From positions 9,443-73,442 of the forward strand of contig CAZVGK010000015.1 of NCBI GenBank assembly GCA_964626665.1: a DNA stretch of 64,000 bases, read 5' to 3'. Shown here in pieces: positions 9,805 through 21,300 of this stretch (the first letter of the stretch is position 1; each line of letters starts with the position of its first letter). The notes below the pieces were generated by a model. It made no database searches. It saw nothing but the letters and a program-made list of their open reading frames with translations, and was not told the origin of the DNA. Source of the DNA: an uncultured Gemmatimonadota bacterium. GTDB taxonomy: Bacteria > SM23-81 > DAOVCL01. The translations under genes were made by a program, and so were the position numbers.

Positions 9805-12591
9805 CTACCGAAGGTTGCCCAGCAAGCCTTTCACCCAAGAGACTTGCTCGAGGTCATTCCACAACCAATCGTAGGCCAGTTCTGTTGCGGAGTTCGGGCG
9901 GAATATATCGAGACCTTCCTTGTGTAGCGTTACACCAATCCATTCGGCTGCCTCGGGGCGTAAGGAACGTACTCGATCAAAGCTTGTTTGAAGAATATCG
10001 GAGTCCGGGTAGTGAAGGTGTTCGCCGAGGTGGAGATCGACCGTAGTTTTGCTACCGTGCGGCAACGCCTCCAAATACCATTTGATAACGGGACCAACCT
10101 GGATTCCTTTATCCGGCTGCGGTGGGGCTACTATACCTACAAAGCGAGCAGGTAATGTTGCCGCTGTCTGCAGTCTATGTGTGAACTTCTGAAGCCACAT
10201 ATCAACGAGTCGCTGGTATCCCTCAAGCGCTCCCGCATATACAGCCTTCGCGCGAGTAAGTATCTGCTTGTCGGTATAAGGACTCCAAATCCATCCTCCG
10301 CTGAAGTCTCGGTCCGGTCCAGGCCAAGGACTACACAATTCTGTCTCGCCAGCCCCATGGAGGCGATTCACCTCCGCCCTGAATTGGTTAAGATCGTACC
10401 GCCGTCCGCCTGTGCCAACGGGACCAGCATCCTCTGGCAACCGGGAGAGACGTTCTTCGATTTCGGCGAGAGGGATGGGGCCGGGATGCAGTGATCCGCG
10501 TCCGGTAACCGCTAGTGCAGCTTGCCACACGGCTTCGCGCGCAAGGGGGCCCTTGCTAACCGGTAGTGCACGATGTTGCAACAAATTTGAGAGTGAGGAG
10601 ACGAGCTCATCAAGTGCCCATCGCCAAGCCCATGCCGGCTGGCGGCCAGGCCTAGCCCTCCGAAGCCTAGTCCAATTAGTTGATAATGAGCCAAAGACAT
10701 GAACGTCCGATGGTAACTCGACCACCTTAGCTAGATCATCGTCCCCACGATACCAGGCGGTTGTAAGCCACACCCCGCTTGTGTGTGCGCCAACTGACAG
10801 AAGCGTGCCATCCTTGCGAACTGGTGCAATCAACTGGGCGAGCGGGCCGATGCCACTTGTCCATGCTTGCATCGCTGTCCGTACTCGCTTCCCGCATTCG
10901 AGCGGCGGCGGTGGTGGCACGTCCTCCACAAGACCCCAACGCGCCAGTCCCTCGTTTACAATCTCAGCAGCGAGAGCAGGATGCCTCTCAGCGAGCGGCG
11001 CGAGCAGCTTCGATACTTGGTCGTGGTTGAAAGTACCAGCAAAGATGATGAATGGGTATCGCCAGTGCTCAAGTCGCTGAGAGTCGCTTATAAGAACTTC
11101 GGCCTTGGGAACACCGGCAGCCAGACTCTGCGCTGCAAACCACTGAGTCAAGATGGGTAAGGGAAAAGCAAGTGCTCCAGAGCGCTCGACGACCAATCCT
11201 GAATTTAAAAGCTGCTGCAACTCAGCTTTTGAGGCAACTTCTGCAGCGGAGACTGGTCCACCATTACGGTCAGTAGAAAGGCTCGCGAGCCGTTGTAGCA
11301 ACCAGTTGGCGTTGGTGAGGTTAACTTTCACTCGACTGAGGGCGCGCTCGACGAGACTTGACAACAACTCCCCTGTCGAGCGTGGCGCTCTCATGTCTTG
11401 CTCCCGCAGGTAAATACCCAGCAGCACGGCAAACAAGGGGCAGCGAACGGCGTCCTGAACCGATTTTGGCCAACTCCAAGCCGTGGATGCTGTGACCGGA
11501 TGTCCTGAAAACCGGCCAATGAGAGCATACGCTTCCGCTTCAGAAAGCTGGGGGACTTGAACAGCTTCCTCTGCTTCAGTAAGATTCGGGATTGGTCTAC
11601 TGGTGATAACTGTCTTAGTTTTTGGCCATGTACCGACAAGAACACGAGCTTCATTGAGCAACTCGGCAGCAAGACCAGTTCCGACCTCATCAGCTCCGTC
11701 GATGATGATCGCCGCACCTTGTATTTGCGGATTGCCTAAGCCACTAGCGGCTGCTTCTACAGCTTCTCTCAGCCGTTCTACAGCAGATCTCGCGTCTAGA
11801 TAGACAGGGACAGGGGTATTGGCGTTGTCTCGCGCTCTCATGACCGCGTCTTGAAGAAGGCGCTCCGCTGTCAGCGACTTGCCCACGCCGATTTCTCCTA
11901 TAAGTAGAAGAATCGGCTTCTCAGCGTGGGGTTGCAGCTCAGACCTGAGTGCCCCGACGGAGAGGTTGTCAGCAAGATTGGAAGCTTCGGCCCAAGGCAC
12001 TCCTGCAGCTTGCCAGCGCATGATGCACCGTGCCCTCGAGGCCCGACCGATCTCCTCTAACCGAGCGAGACGGCCGAGACCCCGCTTACCACGCATAGCC
12101 CACACGATTTCATCCCCCAAGGTCAAATCGAGCGCCTGTCGTAGGCCACCTGCTGCGGTCGTGTCAATCCACTTTGCCTGAGGCTTAACTTCTTGCAGCA
12201 AGGTTTTTGTCACCTCATCCTGTTGTTCTGCGGGTAGTTTCATCACCCATAAGCGACGGTTGCTGGCCAGCGCCTCGCGGATCTCCTTTTGAACTGGCTT
12301 CGTAGTCTTCTCCCCCACAAGCCATATTACGACATCAGCTTCCCGAACTTTGCGCAGGTAGCCCTCGTCGACAGGCTCCGAACTGGCAGGGGTGTACTCG
12401 AATGCCCACGAGGTCAGCCACGGGACGCGATTGAGCGTGTGGACTGTTTCTTGGCGCACTTCGTCAAGCTCTGGGCACATTACACTGCTCACAAACGCAA
12501 TTAGCGGCGGTTCGCCTGGCTTGATGGGTGGACGGCCGGAAACTGGACCTTTTTGCTCTTTCTCATATCTGGCATTTGGGCCTTTCATCAC
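9805..12591 (-). CDS. DUF4062-domain STAND/NACHT-like NTPase, possible defence protein
   Basis: N-terminal AFVSSVM..EL...R (DUF4062-like); Walker A GEIGVGKS; Walker B IIIDGADE; ITSRP; PLFAVLLG. Confidence 0.75.
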   Translation of the reverse strand: MMKGPNARYEKEQKGPVSGRPPIKPGEPPLIAFVSSVMCPELDEVRQETVHTLNRVPWLTSWAFEYTPASSEPVDEGYLRKVREADVVIWLVGEKTTKPVQKEIREALASNRRLWVMKLPAEQQDEVTKTLLQEVKPQAKWIDTTAAGGLRQALDLTLGDEIVWAMRGKRGLGRLARLEEIGRASRARCIMRWQAAGVPWAEASNLADNLSVGALRSELQPHAEKPILLLIGEIGVGKSLTAERLLQDAVMRARDNANTPVPVYLDARSAVERLREAVEAAASGLGNPQIQGAAIIIDGADEVGTGLAAELLNEARVLVGTWPKTKTVITSRPIPNLTEAEEAVQVPQLSEAEAYALIGRFSGHPVTASTAWSWPKSVQDAVRCPLFAVLLGIYLREQDMRAPRSTGELLSSLVERALSRVKVNLTNANWLLQRLASLSTDRNGGPVSAAEVASKAELQQLLNSGLVVERSGALAFPLPILTQWFAAQSLAAGVPKAEVLISDSQRLEHWRYPFIIFAGTFNHDQVSKLLAPLAERHPALAAEIVNEGLARWGLVEDVPPPPPLECGKRVRTAMQAWTSGIGPLAQLIAPVRKDGTLLSVGAHTSGVWLTTAWYRGDDDLAKVVELPSDVHVFGSLSTNWTRLRRARPGRQPAWAWRWALDELVSSLSNLLQHRALPVSKGPLAREAVWQAALAVTGRGSLHPGPIPLAEIEERLSRLPEDAGPVGTGGRRYDLNQFRAEVNRLHGAGETELCSPWPGPDRDFSGGWIWSPYTDKQILTRAKAVYAGALEGYQRLVDMWLQKFTHRLQTAATLPARFVGIVAPPQPDKGIQVGPVIKWYLEALPHGSKTTVDLHLGEHLHYPDSDILQTSFDRVRSLRPEAAEWIGVTLHKEGLDIFRPNSATELAYDWLWNDLEQVSWVKGLLGNLR

Positions 12592-15500
12592 TGCGTTGCC
12601 TCCTCCACAATCTTAATCTCCTCCTCCGTCAACCCGTATAGCTCGTAAACCAGCCGGTCAATCTGTTGGTCGGTGGCGTCAATCTGCCGCTGGAGCCGGG
12701 TCTTCTCGTCTGGTGTCTTGGCCACTGCCAGGCGCTTGTGCAATTCCAGCATCTGCTCTACCAGTTCCACCATTCGGTCGTGATGGGCTTTGTCAGAAAC
12801 CGAGGTCAAATCAAGGACAGGTATTGGAGTTGATTCTATGTATTGTTTGGAAAACCTGAAGTAACCACCACGCATCTGCGTACTTTTAGCAAAGACAATA
12901 GCTCCAAAAAGCCTGGAGTTCAGAATGCCTAACAAATAGGGAAGACTAATGGTTTCATCCAATGAGCGAATACCATAAAAAGGGCCGCCACCGCCACCTG
13001 TCATGTAAAGTTTTCGATCATCATAGATCACCGTTGGTCTTAACGCAAGGACTTGAATGATCAACTTAGGTTCTTCCATCTGTGTCAGATTTTGAGATCG
13101 CCCAAAGGCATACCATTTTTCATGATTCCACTTGCCTTTTTCTCGAGACCTTAGCGCCTTTTCATGAGATTTTAGATGAGCCCATGCATTTGGGAATTTA
13201 TCTTCAAAATCACCTTGTGATATAAGCGTTGCTTTCTTGTTCTGCAAATAATAAGGAAACAACATCCAGTAGGAAGTTTGGGGGAATCCATAGGGTGGAA
13301 TGGAACTCGGTTTTAAAAAACGGTGAAGAACCTGTGGTTCTATGTTGTGAGGGTTTTCAAATACGAAAACTCTATCAGCACCAGTCACGAGGCCTTGAAA
13401 TATTTTGCTTATGTCCCCCAACGTTACTGGCATCTTGTTCAACTCTTCGAAGAGATCCGATCCTTTTCCCACGATAAAATTCCATTCTGAAGCCAAAGTT
13501 TCCCCCGCATCAAATTTGCCCTCAGTCGCTTCTGCATTCGTTCTCCATGCTGTTAAGTTATCCACCCTGGCAAATTCAAATTGATTACAGATGGCCTTAT
13601 CTAAAAAGAGCAAGCAAGTATATGTTGAGGCTCCTGAAAATATCTGCTGCGCACCGAAATGAATGATCTTTGAAATATGTCTACCCTTGGAGAGGATTTC
13701 ACGTAGGGGCTCACCATACTTTGCATTGAAAAACTTGTGTGGCAAAATGTAGCCCATGCGACCTCGGTCATTGAGCAGTTGTAACGCTCGTTCCACAAAG
13801 ACCACATAAATGTCGTAATTTCCTATGGAAGCGGAGTAATAGTGTTGCTTGTAAAATTCTACCTCTGTGGGTGCCCACTCCCTCAACGCTTGAATCCGGA
13901 CATACGGTGGATTGCCGATTACTGCATCGAAGCCACCTGCCTTTATAATCTCTGGGAATTCCGTTTCCCAGTCAAAGACATTAATGCGGTAGCGTTCTTC
14001 CTCGGCGAGCAGGCTCATCTGCTGATTATCGTAAAAGTCGGGGCCGATGAGGGAGTTGCCGCATTTAATGTTATCTCCCAGATCGGGGAGTGCCCGCTCT
14101 CGCCAAAGCTTTTGTTGGCTTTCCAAGGTATCCTGGCTTTCCCCCTCCAAGACCTTGAGCAGGAGGTTAAGCTTGGTTACCTCCACGGCCTGACTGTCTA
14201 TATCTACACCGTAGATGTTGTTTAACAGAATCCGTTTCTTCTCCTGGGTGGTGAGCCACCACTGGCCGCCAGGGCCCTGGTAGATAGGGATCTGGGGTCG
14301 GGGGCCGGGGACCAAGGAGCGGAGGGCCCTGGCCGGGATTTTGCCCCTGAAATCCCTTGATGGGAGGAAGTGTTCCACATACCAGTCACGGTGGTAGTCC
14401 AGAAGATAGCTATAGGCACCGATCAAGAAGGAACCAGAGCCACAGGCAGGGTCTAAGATGCGAAGGTTGACTATCTGCTTAGGGTTTTTGCCGTTACACA
14501 ATTTTCCTAAAGTGTTTTCTACAATGTAATTCACGATATAGGTAGGTGTATAGTAAACTCCACCGGCTTTCTTCACCTCTGGTTTGTCCTCAACCTTGGC
14601 CTGATGCTTAGGGGTGAGCCTGATCACTTTTCCCAGGAACTGTTCGTAGACATTGCCCAGTATATCAGAACCAAGGACGGAGAACTCATAAGGGCTCTCC
14701 GGATAGTAGAGGAAGCGGATGATCTCCTTGAGCACTTTATCGTCAATTATGAGGGCTGGAGTGAGGTCATCCGGTGGTTCGGCCCGATCCCTTTCGGCTC
14801 GGAAATGGAAGAGGCCGGAGTTATATTTGTCATCGGCAAGGCCGTAGAGGTAGTTTAGGCGGGCATAGGTTTTTGTGCCGTTGAGCAAGGCCTGAAGCTG
14901 GCCATAGGTCTCAATGCCCCGATCCTCACACATCCGCAGGAAGATGATGCGGTCAATGGTGCGCTGCACAGCGAAATTAAGCTCCCTTACAGATAGGGTA
15001 GGGTTACGCAGGGCAATGTTGCGGGCCAGGGCATTACGCCACTGTTCTATCTCCTTTAAAAATTCCACATCAACCGGGGAGGTGCCTTTTTTCCCTTTGG
15101 TTGTCTCGGCAAAACGATCAAAGGAACCCTTTAAAACTGACTCCTTAGAAAAGATCTCGGCGATCTCGTTCCAACGAGTGGGATAATCTTTGTAGGACAG
15201 GTAGAAAATCCTGTCTATGCTTGGCCTGTCTGTTGGCTTGGGGCGGATGCGGCAGTCATAGACGGCAAACTCTTCAAAGTCGGTAAGTATGGAAAGGGGG
15301 AGCTTGGCGCTCCAGGCATAGCGGCGCAGTTGATAGGCAGGGCTTATATTCCCCTTAAGGTCAATGGCTGGTTTCTTCGCTTCCAAGAAGAATTTGCGAG
15401 CGCCACCAATGCGAAAGCAGTAATCCGGGGCCTTGGTGGCCCCACCAACCTTGATCGCATCCTCGAAGATAACATCCTTGTAGGCCTCGGCATAACCGGC

Positions 15501-15671
15501 CCTGTTGGAGACATCCCATCCCAATTTCTCAAAGAAGGGTTCGATGAACTCTCGCCGCACCTGAGCTTCGTTGTAGCCCAGGCTGCGGTAGGAGGATAGA
15601 TTCCTCTCAAACCGCTCTACCAGGTCCAGGATCAGACTGGGCACATCAATGTTTGATCTCTTATTGCTCAT
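12588..15671 (-). CDS. Type IIG-like fused restriction endonuclease / N6-adenine methyltransferase (Eco57I/TaqI-like)
   Basis: PDY...FFLEAKK nuclease; GVYYTP; ILDPACGSGSFL; VIGNPPY; TRD; C-terminal coiled coil. Confidence 0.92.
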   Translation of the reverse strand: MSNKRSNIDVPSLILDLVERFERNLSSYRSLGYNEAQVRREFIEPFFEKLGWDVSNRAGYAEAYKDVIFEDAIKVGGATKAPDYCFRIGGARKFFLEAKKPAIDLKGNISPAYQLRRYAWSAKLPLSILTDFEEFAVYDCRIRPKPTDRPSIDRIFYLSYKDYPTRWNEIAEIFSKESVLKGSFDRFAETTKGKKGTSPVDVEFLKEIEQWRNALARNIALRNPTLSVRELNFAVQRTIDRIIFLRMCEDRGIETYGQLQALLNGTKTYARLNYLYGLADDKYNSGLFHFRAERDRAEPPDDLTPALIIDDKVLKEIIRFLYYPESPYEFSVLGSDILGNVYEQFLGKVIRLTPKHQAKVEDKPEVKKAGGVYYTPTYIVNYIVENTLGKLCNGKNPKQIVNLRILDPACGSGSFLIGAYSYLLDYHRDWYVEHFLPSRDFRGKIPARALRSLVPGPRPQIPIYQGPGGQWWLTTQEKKRILLNNIYGVDIDSQAVEVTKLNLLLKVLEGESQDTLESQQKLWRERALPDLGDNIKCGNSLIGPDFYDNQQMSLLAEEERYRINVFDWETEFPEIIKAGGFDAVIGNPPYVRIQALREWAPTEVEFYKQHYYSASIGNYDIYVVFVERALQLLNDRGRMGYILPHKFFNAKYGEPLREILSKGRHISKIIHFGAQQIFSGASTYTCLLFLDKAICNQFEFARVDNLTAWRTNAEATEGKFDAGETLASEWNFIVGKGSDLFEELNKMPVTLGDISKIFQGLVTGADRVFVFENPHNIEPQVLHRFLKPSSIPPYGFPQTSYWMLFPYYLQNKKATLISQGDFEDKFPNAWAHLKSHEKALRSREKGKWNHEKWYAFGRSQNLTQMEEPKLIIQVLALRPTVIYDDRKLYMTGGGGGPFYGIRSLDETISLPYLLGILNSRLFGAIVFAKSTQMRGGYFRFSKQYIESTPIPVLDLTSVSDKAHHDRMVELVEQMLELHKRLAVAKTPDEKTRLQRQIDATDQQIDRLVYELYGLTEEEIKIVEEATQ

Positions 15672-15859
15672 TTTTTAGATAAGATGGACAGGATGGCAAA
15701 ATTGGGTAAGCCCTGTCAGCCTAATTTAATCTTAGATCCGATAGGGGAGGGGTTCTGCCGACACCAAACTCACCCTCTCCTTAGCCCTCCCCCATCAAGG
15801 GGGAGGAAATTGTTTGGGAGCCGTTAGTGGCTATCTCCATTTTGTAATTCGAAGCTTCG

Positions 15860-16531
15860 TCAGTCTTCCTCTATCAACTCCTCAGGAATCTCATCTATGG
15901 GGAAGAAGTACTTGAAATTATCAGGGCCCAACTTTGCCTCCAGCTTTTGCATAATTGCCTGCACATTATCATCTGGGCCACTTATATAAAATGGCTTTCC
16001 ATTTTTGCCAAATTCCACCTCGGTAATCTCTCCAAACTTATCTCTTTCCTCCAGGATATACTTGGACAGTTTGAAATCCTTTTGCGGCTTGAAGCCCAGC
16101 TCTGAGGCATAATCAATTGCCCCATAGATGATCTGATGGGCTAAGTCCACCGGACATTCAACGGGGTTTTGCTCCTGGTATATCTTAGCCTTCAAGTCCC
16201 CTTCATAATTCGACATAGAGAAGTTGGCATGGCAGAAGGTATTCTTCAGGCCGAGGCAGAATATATCTATCAGGTAGACTCCAAAAACGAGGTTTCCATC
16301 TGCTTGCTGGCGGGAGAGCAGGATGTTGGCCATTCCTCGCTCTTTCCAGGAAGCATTTATCAGACATTCATAAACGGGGTAATGGAGGGCATTGTAGATG
16401 ATGCTCTTGGGGGATAAATGAGTCCAGGCCGAGGAGAAGAGACCTTCCTTTTTAGCCTTTTTCTTCCTCAACTTGTCCTTTTGCCTCTTCTTCATCAGTG
16501 TCTTCTGCCTTCGCTTTTTGTCTCTTCCCAT
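15860..16531 (-). CDS. Conserved hypothetical protein
   Basis: Start MGRDKK with GGAGG RBS; GVYLIDIFCLGLKNTF, FGKNGKPFYISGPDDN. Confidence 0.75.
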   Translation of the reverse strand: MGRDKKRRQKTLMKKRQKDKLRKKKAKKEGLFSSAWTHLSPKSIIYNALHYPVYECLINASWKERGMANILLSRQQADGNLVFGVYLIDIFCLGLKNTFCHANFSMSNYEGDLKAKIYQEQNPVECPVDLAHQIIYGAIDYASELGFKPQKDFKLSKYILEERDKFGEITEVEFGKNGKPFYISGPDDNVQAIMQKLEAKLGPDNFKYFFPIDEIPEELIEED

Positions 16532-17161
16532 TTTTAGCCCTCCAGAAGGAGCAGTCGGTAAATCCAACCGTCCTTTTTTTAGGTTTTGTAACAGTTCACC
16601 ACGGATAGCCATAGATTTCACTGAATCTCTTTGGAACATTCACCCCGCACTTATGCATAAGTGCAGGGCGAATAAACGAATCTACACGGATAGATAAATT
16701 TACCACGGAACTGCAAAGCTTACCACGGAAATTCACGGAACCACACGAAAAAGAGCAAGTAAAAATTGAGAATTAAGAATGAAATTTATGCTGGCTATCC
16801 CCAATCCCTGTTTTTTTGTGCATAGTCCGTGGTTGTCCGTGGTGAAATTACCACAGAATCTCACGGAAAAAAGCAATTGAGAATTAAAAATTAAGAATTA
16901 AAACAGATTGCACGGATAGTAAAAAAGATACTTGAGGTCCCAGGCATTCTCCTGATATATACCGCTTCTCGCCTAGGCAGCCTGGAAAACTTTGCCCAAA
17001 TAAAAAGCTCTTACGAAATTGTAGCACAGGGGACAGGGACCGGCAGTCAGTGGTAAATAATCAGGAGTCAGCTGTGGTCGGTTTCCCCCAAGGTTGCTGC
17101 CCTTTGGTCAAAGAGTTTAGCAAATCTATCTCTGTTATATTGGGGCATTCTACGCTAACTT

Positions 17162-18061
17162 TTAGTTTCCCTTTTCTGATGTTTCCTCAAATGCCTTTTT
17201 CAATGCTGCCTTTTCTGTGATGGTGTATGCCTTGGCCAGCAGAAGGTTGAGGTTTTTATTTCCTATAGTGAAAGGGGACTTCCCCAGCCTCTTCAGGATC
17301 GGATTTTCCACCTCAGGTGGAGAGGGATCGACCACAAAGGAGTCCAGGGCCTTCCCGGCCAGCCAAAACTCCTCCGGGGATCCGCTAAAAGAGAGGACCG
17401 GCTCCCCCTTGGGGGGAGATTTTCCCTCCGACTTCGCTGTGGCCTCTGGCTGGACCTCGGTCCGTTTCTCCCGCAGGGTTTTAGTAATCTCTTCCTTTGT
17501 TCTGCCCCTCAGCTTGAAGATGAGGAATGGGTCCTCATCGAAGCGCTCTGCCAGAAGATAGTAGACAGCAGCGATATGCTTGCAGGGGTTAGCCCAATCA
17601 GGACAGGAGCAACTGGTGATCAGCTCCCTTCTTTTCTGGGGAAAGAGCGAAACCTTAGCCTGGGCAAAGGCCTCCTCTATATTTTGGGGCATCTCTCCAG
17701 CCAGCAACTTGGCCACAAATATGGCCTTGGATGTCATTGCATCTGCCACTTTATCCCAATTCTTATCGGAGAGGGGATGCAACTGAATCTTGACCGCATA
17801 GGGTTTTCGCCTCGTCCCCTGGACCTTGGCTATTACCTCCCCCTTTTCCACATCAATGGAGACCACCTGGCCTCTGCGGGCATAGGAACGTCCTCTGGTG
17901 AGCCTGGCCCCCATATTAAAGGACTCCAGAACGCCAATCCAACGTTTGGACCACCAGGTCTCGCCGATTTTTCCCCGTTGGCTTTTCGCCTTGATACCAT
18001 CCTTGACCTTCTTGGGCCTTGCCGGTGGGTAATATTGCCAGTAGCTATCCCATCGAGGCAT
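17162..18061 (-). CDS. SWIM zinc-finger protein
   Basis: CSCPDWANPCKHIAA; RLTRGRSYARRG. Confidence 0.92.
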   Translation of the reverse strand: MPRWDSYWQYYPPARPKKVKDGIKAKSQRGKIGETWWSKRWIGVLESFNMGARLTRGRSYARRGQVVSIDVEKGEVIAKVQGTRRKPYAVKIQLHPLSDKNWDKVADAMTSKAIFVAKLLAGEMPQNIEEAFAQAKVSLFPQKRRELITSCSCPDWANPCKHIAAVYYLLAERFDEDPFLIFKLRGRTKEEITKTLREKRTEVQPEATAKSEGKSPPKGEPVLSFSGSPEEFWLAGKALDSFVVDPSPPEVENPILKRLGKSPFTIGNKNLNLLLAKAYTITEKAALKKAFEETSEKGN

Positions 18062-18303
18062 ATTTCCCTCCTCTGGAGCTTAGCTCCTTTTGACCGCTAA
18101 CTTCTTTGCATTGGAATTGCCATAAAGTGTGCTGTCAGGAGTTACCTCCTGACAGCTCTTACAATAATAGACAGGATGGACACGATGAAAAAATCCCGTA
18201 AATCCTGTTCATCCTGTTAGAAAAACTCCACCGCAGGGGGCTAAGTTCACTCTGATCCCGTCTCTGCTTGCCTGGGTTGATAAGGAGTAACCTTTGTCGG
18301 TGG

Positions 18304-21300
18304 TTAATCACTGACTGCCTCCTTGCTCAGGGTAAAGACCTCCCTCAGTTGATTGGTGGAGAGTTCTGTGAGCCAGCCCTCGCCTGCGCCGATGATCTTT
18401 TCGGCTAGCTCCTTTTTTAACTCGATCATCTGGTCTATCCGCTCCTCCAGCGTGCCGATACAGACGAACTTGTGCACCTCTACATTCTTGGTTTGGCCAA
18501 TGCGGAAGGCCCGGTCGGTTGCCTGATTCTCCACTGCTGGGTTCCACCAGCGGTCGAAGTGGAAGACATGGTTGGCGGCAGTGAGGTTGAGCCCAAGTCC
18601 ACCAGCCTTGAGGGAGAGGATGAAGAGAGATGGCCCCCGGCGGTCATTCTGGAACCTTTCCACCATATTGTCGCGCTGTCTCTTGGGGGTGCTACCATAA
18701 AGGAAGATTACCTCGCATCCCAGTTTTTCTTGTAGATAACGATGCAATATACCCCCCATACTGGAGAACTGGGTGAAGATCAGGGCCTTGTCTTCCTCGG
18801 CGAGAACCACTTCCAGCATCTCCTCTAACCTCTTGAGCTTGCCTGAGCGTCCGAGGAGGATACTCCCATCCTGCAGGAAGAGAGCCGGATGGTTGCAGAT
18901 CTGCTTGAGCTTCATCAGGGTGGCCAGCACCAGTCCCTTTCGTTCGATCCCCTCTGAATTCTCTATCTTCTCCAGCATTTCCTTGACCACCGCCTCATAG
19001 AGCGATGCCTGCTCCGATGTGAGGTTACAGAAGACCTTCATCTCCATCTTCTTCGGCAGATCTTTGATGACCTTTGGGTCTGTCTTCAACCGCCTGAGCA
19101 CAAAGGGTTGGATTATCCTTCTGAGCGACTGAGCCCGTTGGGGATTTCTATACTTCTCAATGGGTAGGGCGAAATTGGTGCGGAAATCTTTGGCAGATCT
19201 AAGATAACCTGGGTTGAGGAACTCCATAATCGACCAGAGCTCGGAGAGACGGTTCTCCACAGGGGTGCCGGTGAGGGCTATGCGGTGGTTGGCCTTCAGT
19301 TTTCTTATGGCCTGGGTCTGCTTGGCAGATGGGTTCTTGATATTCTGTGCCTCGTCTAAGCCAATGTTCTCCCAGTGGACCGCGGAGAAGGTCTCTTGAT
19401 CTCTATAGGCCAAAGCATAGGTGCTGAGGACCAGATCATTTTTCTTTGCCTCCCTCTTAAAGGTTCTACCTGTGAGCCTGTTAGGACCATGGTGAACCAT
19501 AACCCTGAGCGAGGGGGCAAACCTCTCCACCTCCCTCTGCCAGTTGCCCACAACCGACATCGGGCAGATGAGGAGCGTGGGACCGGGCTTGGCCTTTTTG
19601 TTCTTCCTCTCGTGGAGCAGAAGGGCGATGAGCTGGATAGTCTTGCCCAGGCCCATATCGTCAGCCAGACAGGCACCAAGACCAAACTCTTTCAGGAATA
19701 CAAGCCAGCTAAGCCCTTTTACCTGATAGGGACGGAGTTTGCCTTGGAAGGCTCTGGGTGGTTTGAGTGGAGTTAACTGAACATCATCGGAGAGCCTTTG
19801 CAGGAGATCGTTTAACCTACCCTCGGCCACCACTCCCACCACGGGGAGGCCCACTGCCGGCTCCTGGCCACCAAGTCCGAGCCGCATAGCCTCACCCAAC
19901 TCCATCTGACCATCACCGTGCCTCTTCTGGAAGAAGGCAATGGCCGATTCGATCTCCTCCCGCCGCAGCTCTACCCACTCCCCTCTTACCTTAACTAAGG
20001 GGACTTTTAAGCTGGAGAGTTTCTCGAATTCTTCAGGGGAAAGGGTCTCCTCTCCAATGGCCACCTCCCAATCGTATGACACGATACCATTTAGGCCCAG
20101 AAGGCCGGAACTGGTTCCAGTGGAGGATTTTGGTAAGGTCAACTTCAGTTTAATCCCTACCTTATTTCTCCGTTTCTGCCACCAGGAGGGGAGGAGAAGG
20201 CCGAAGCCGCTCTCCTCTAAGAGGGGAGCTGACTGGCGGAGGAAGGCGTACGCCTTCTCGGTTTTCATCTTTAGTTCCACCGGCCTGGGGGTCTGCAGGC
20301 TTTCCTCAATGGTCGGGAAAAGCCGGGAAGCCCTCCCCAGGTCGGCTAAGAGCCTCTCCTGGGGGTTTTCAAACCTCCGCTTGAGGAAGGTAACCACCCT
20401 TGACCTTGACCTCCAGACCTTCTCTGCTGGAACAAGCAGGCTGCGATCGTCTTTGGCCTGAAGCCAGAAACTTATCTTCCATTCCTTTTCCTGGTCATCA
20501 ACTGGGGGGTCGAGCCTGAAACAGGTGCGAAAGGGAGCCCCTGAATCTGCGGGCTTGACCTGGCTCAGCCAGGGGCGAGCCTTTTCCAGGAAGGGGAGGA
20601 TCTCCTTGTCCGATGCCTTAATCGTCGGATCGGTAGAGCTCAGGGCTTCAAGCAATCTTTCTGCTAGGGTAGGCTTGTGGCCCTTACGGGGAGAAAAGAA
20701 CGATCCTGGGTTCAGGCTCCTGCGCACAAAGCCGTCCAGGGTGCGATGCAGAAAGCTCAAGAGGAGTTCTGAGGGTAGGGGGGACCTGCCAGGGAGCAAG
20801 CGACAAATAGGGGGCATTGCCTCGGTGAGGTAAAAGATTCTTTCAGCTTCCCCTCCCCCGATAACGGCTTCCCAGCGGGCCTGAAGGTATCGTTTGCCAT
20901 CCTCTATCTTCTCGCTGATTGTTGGCGCATACTGCCCTTTAATGATCAACTGCAAGGAGAATTTGGCTACTTCCATCCAAAAACGAAGGGAATCACTAAA
21001 GGCAACTCCGTGAGGAGATTGGCTGGACAGGGAAAGGAGGAATTTCAGAGCCAGGTCAGGATCTGCTTTCAGGAAAGGGACATCCCAGGGCAAGAGATCA
21101 GTCTCCTTCATAGTTTCCATAGGTTCCTCCCGAATTAACCAGGGGGAAGGAAGAGGTCCCTGGGGACTGGAGGGTAGAAGGATGGGAGTAACTTGCCAGG
21201 CTGCACTTTTCCAGGGAATCCGGGGAGAGAGATCCTCTAATGCTCCTTTTAGCTCCTCCTCGGCCAAGGCAAAAGGATGAAGGCGGGATCTTGGTTTCCT

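Noticed and set aside
16532-16639. N-terminal extension of the 15860 ORF
   Set aside because: A good RBS precedes the ATG at 16531; the extension runs into repeat-rich intergenic DNA
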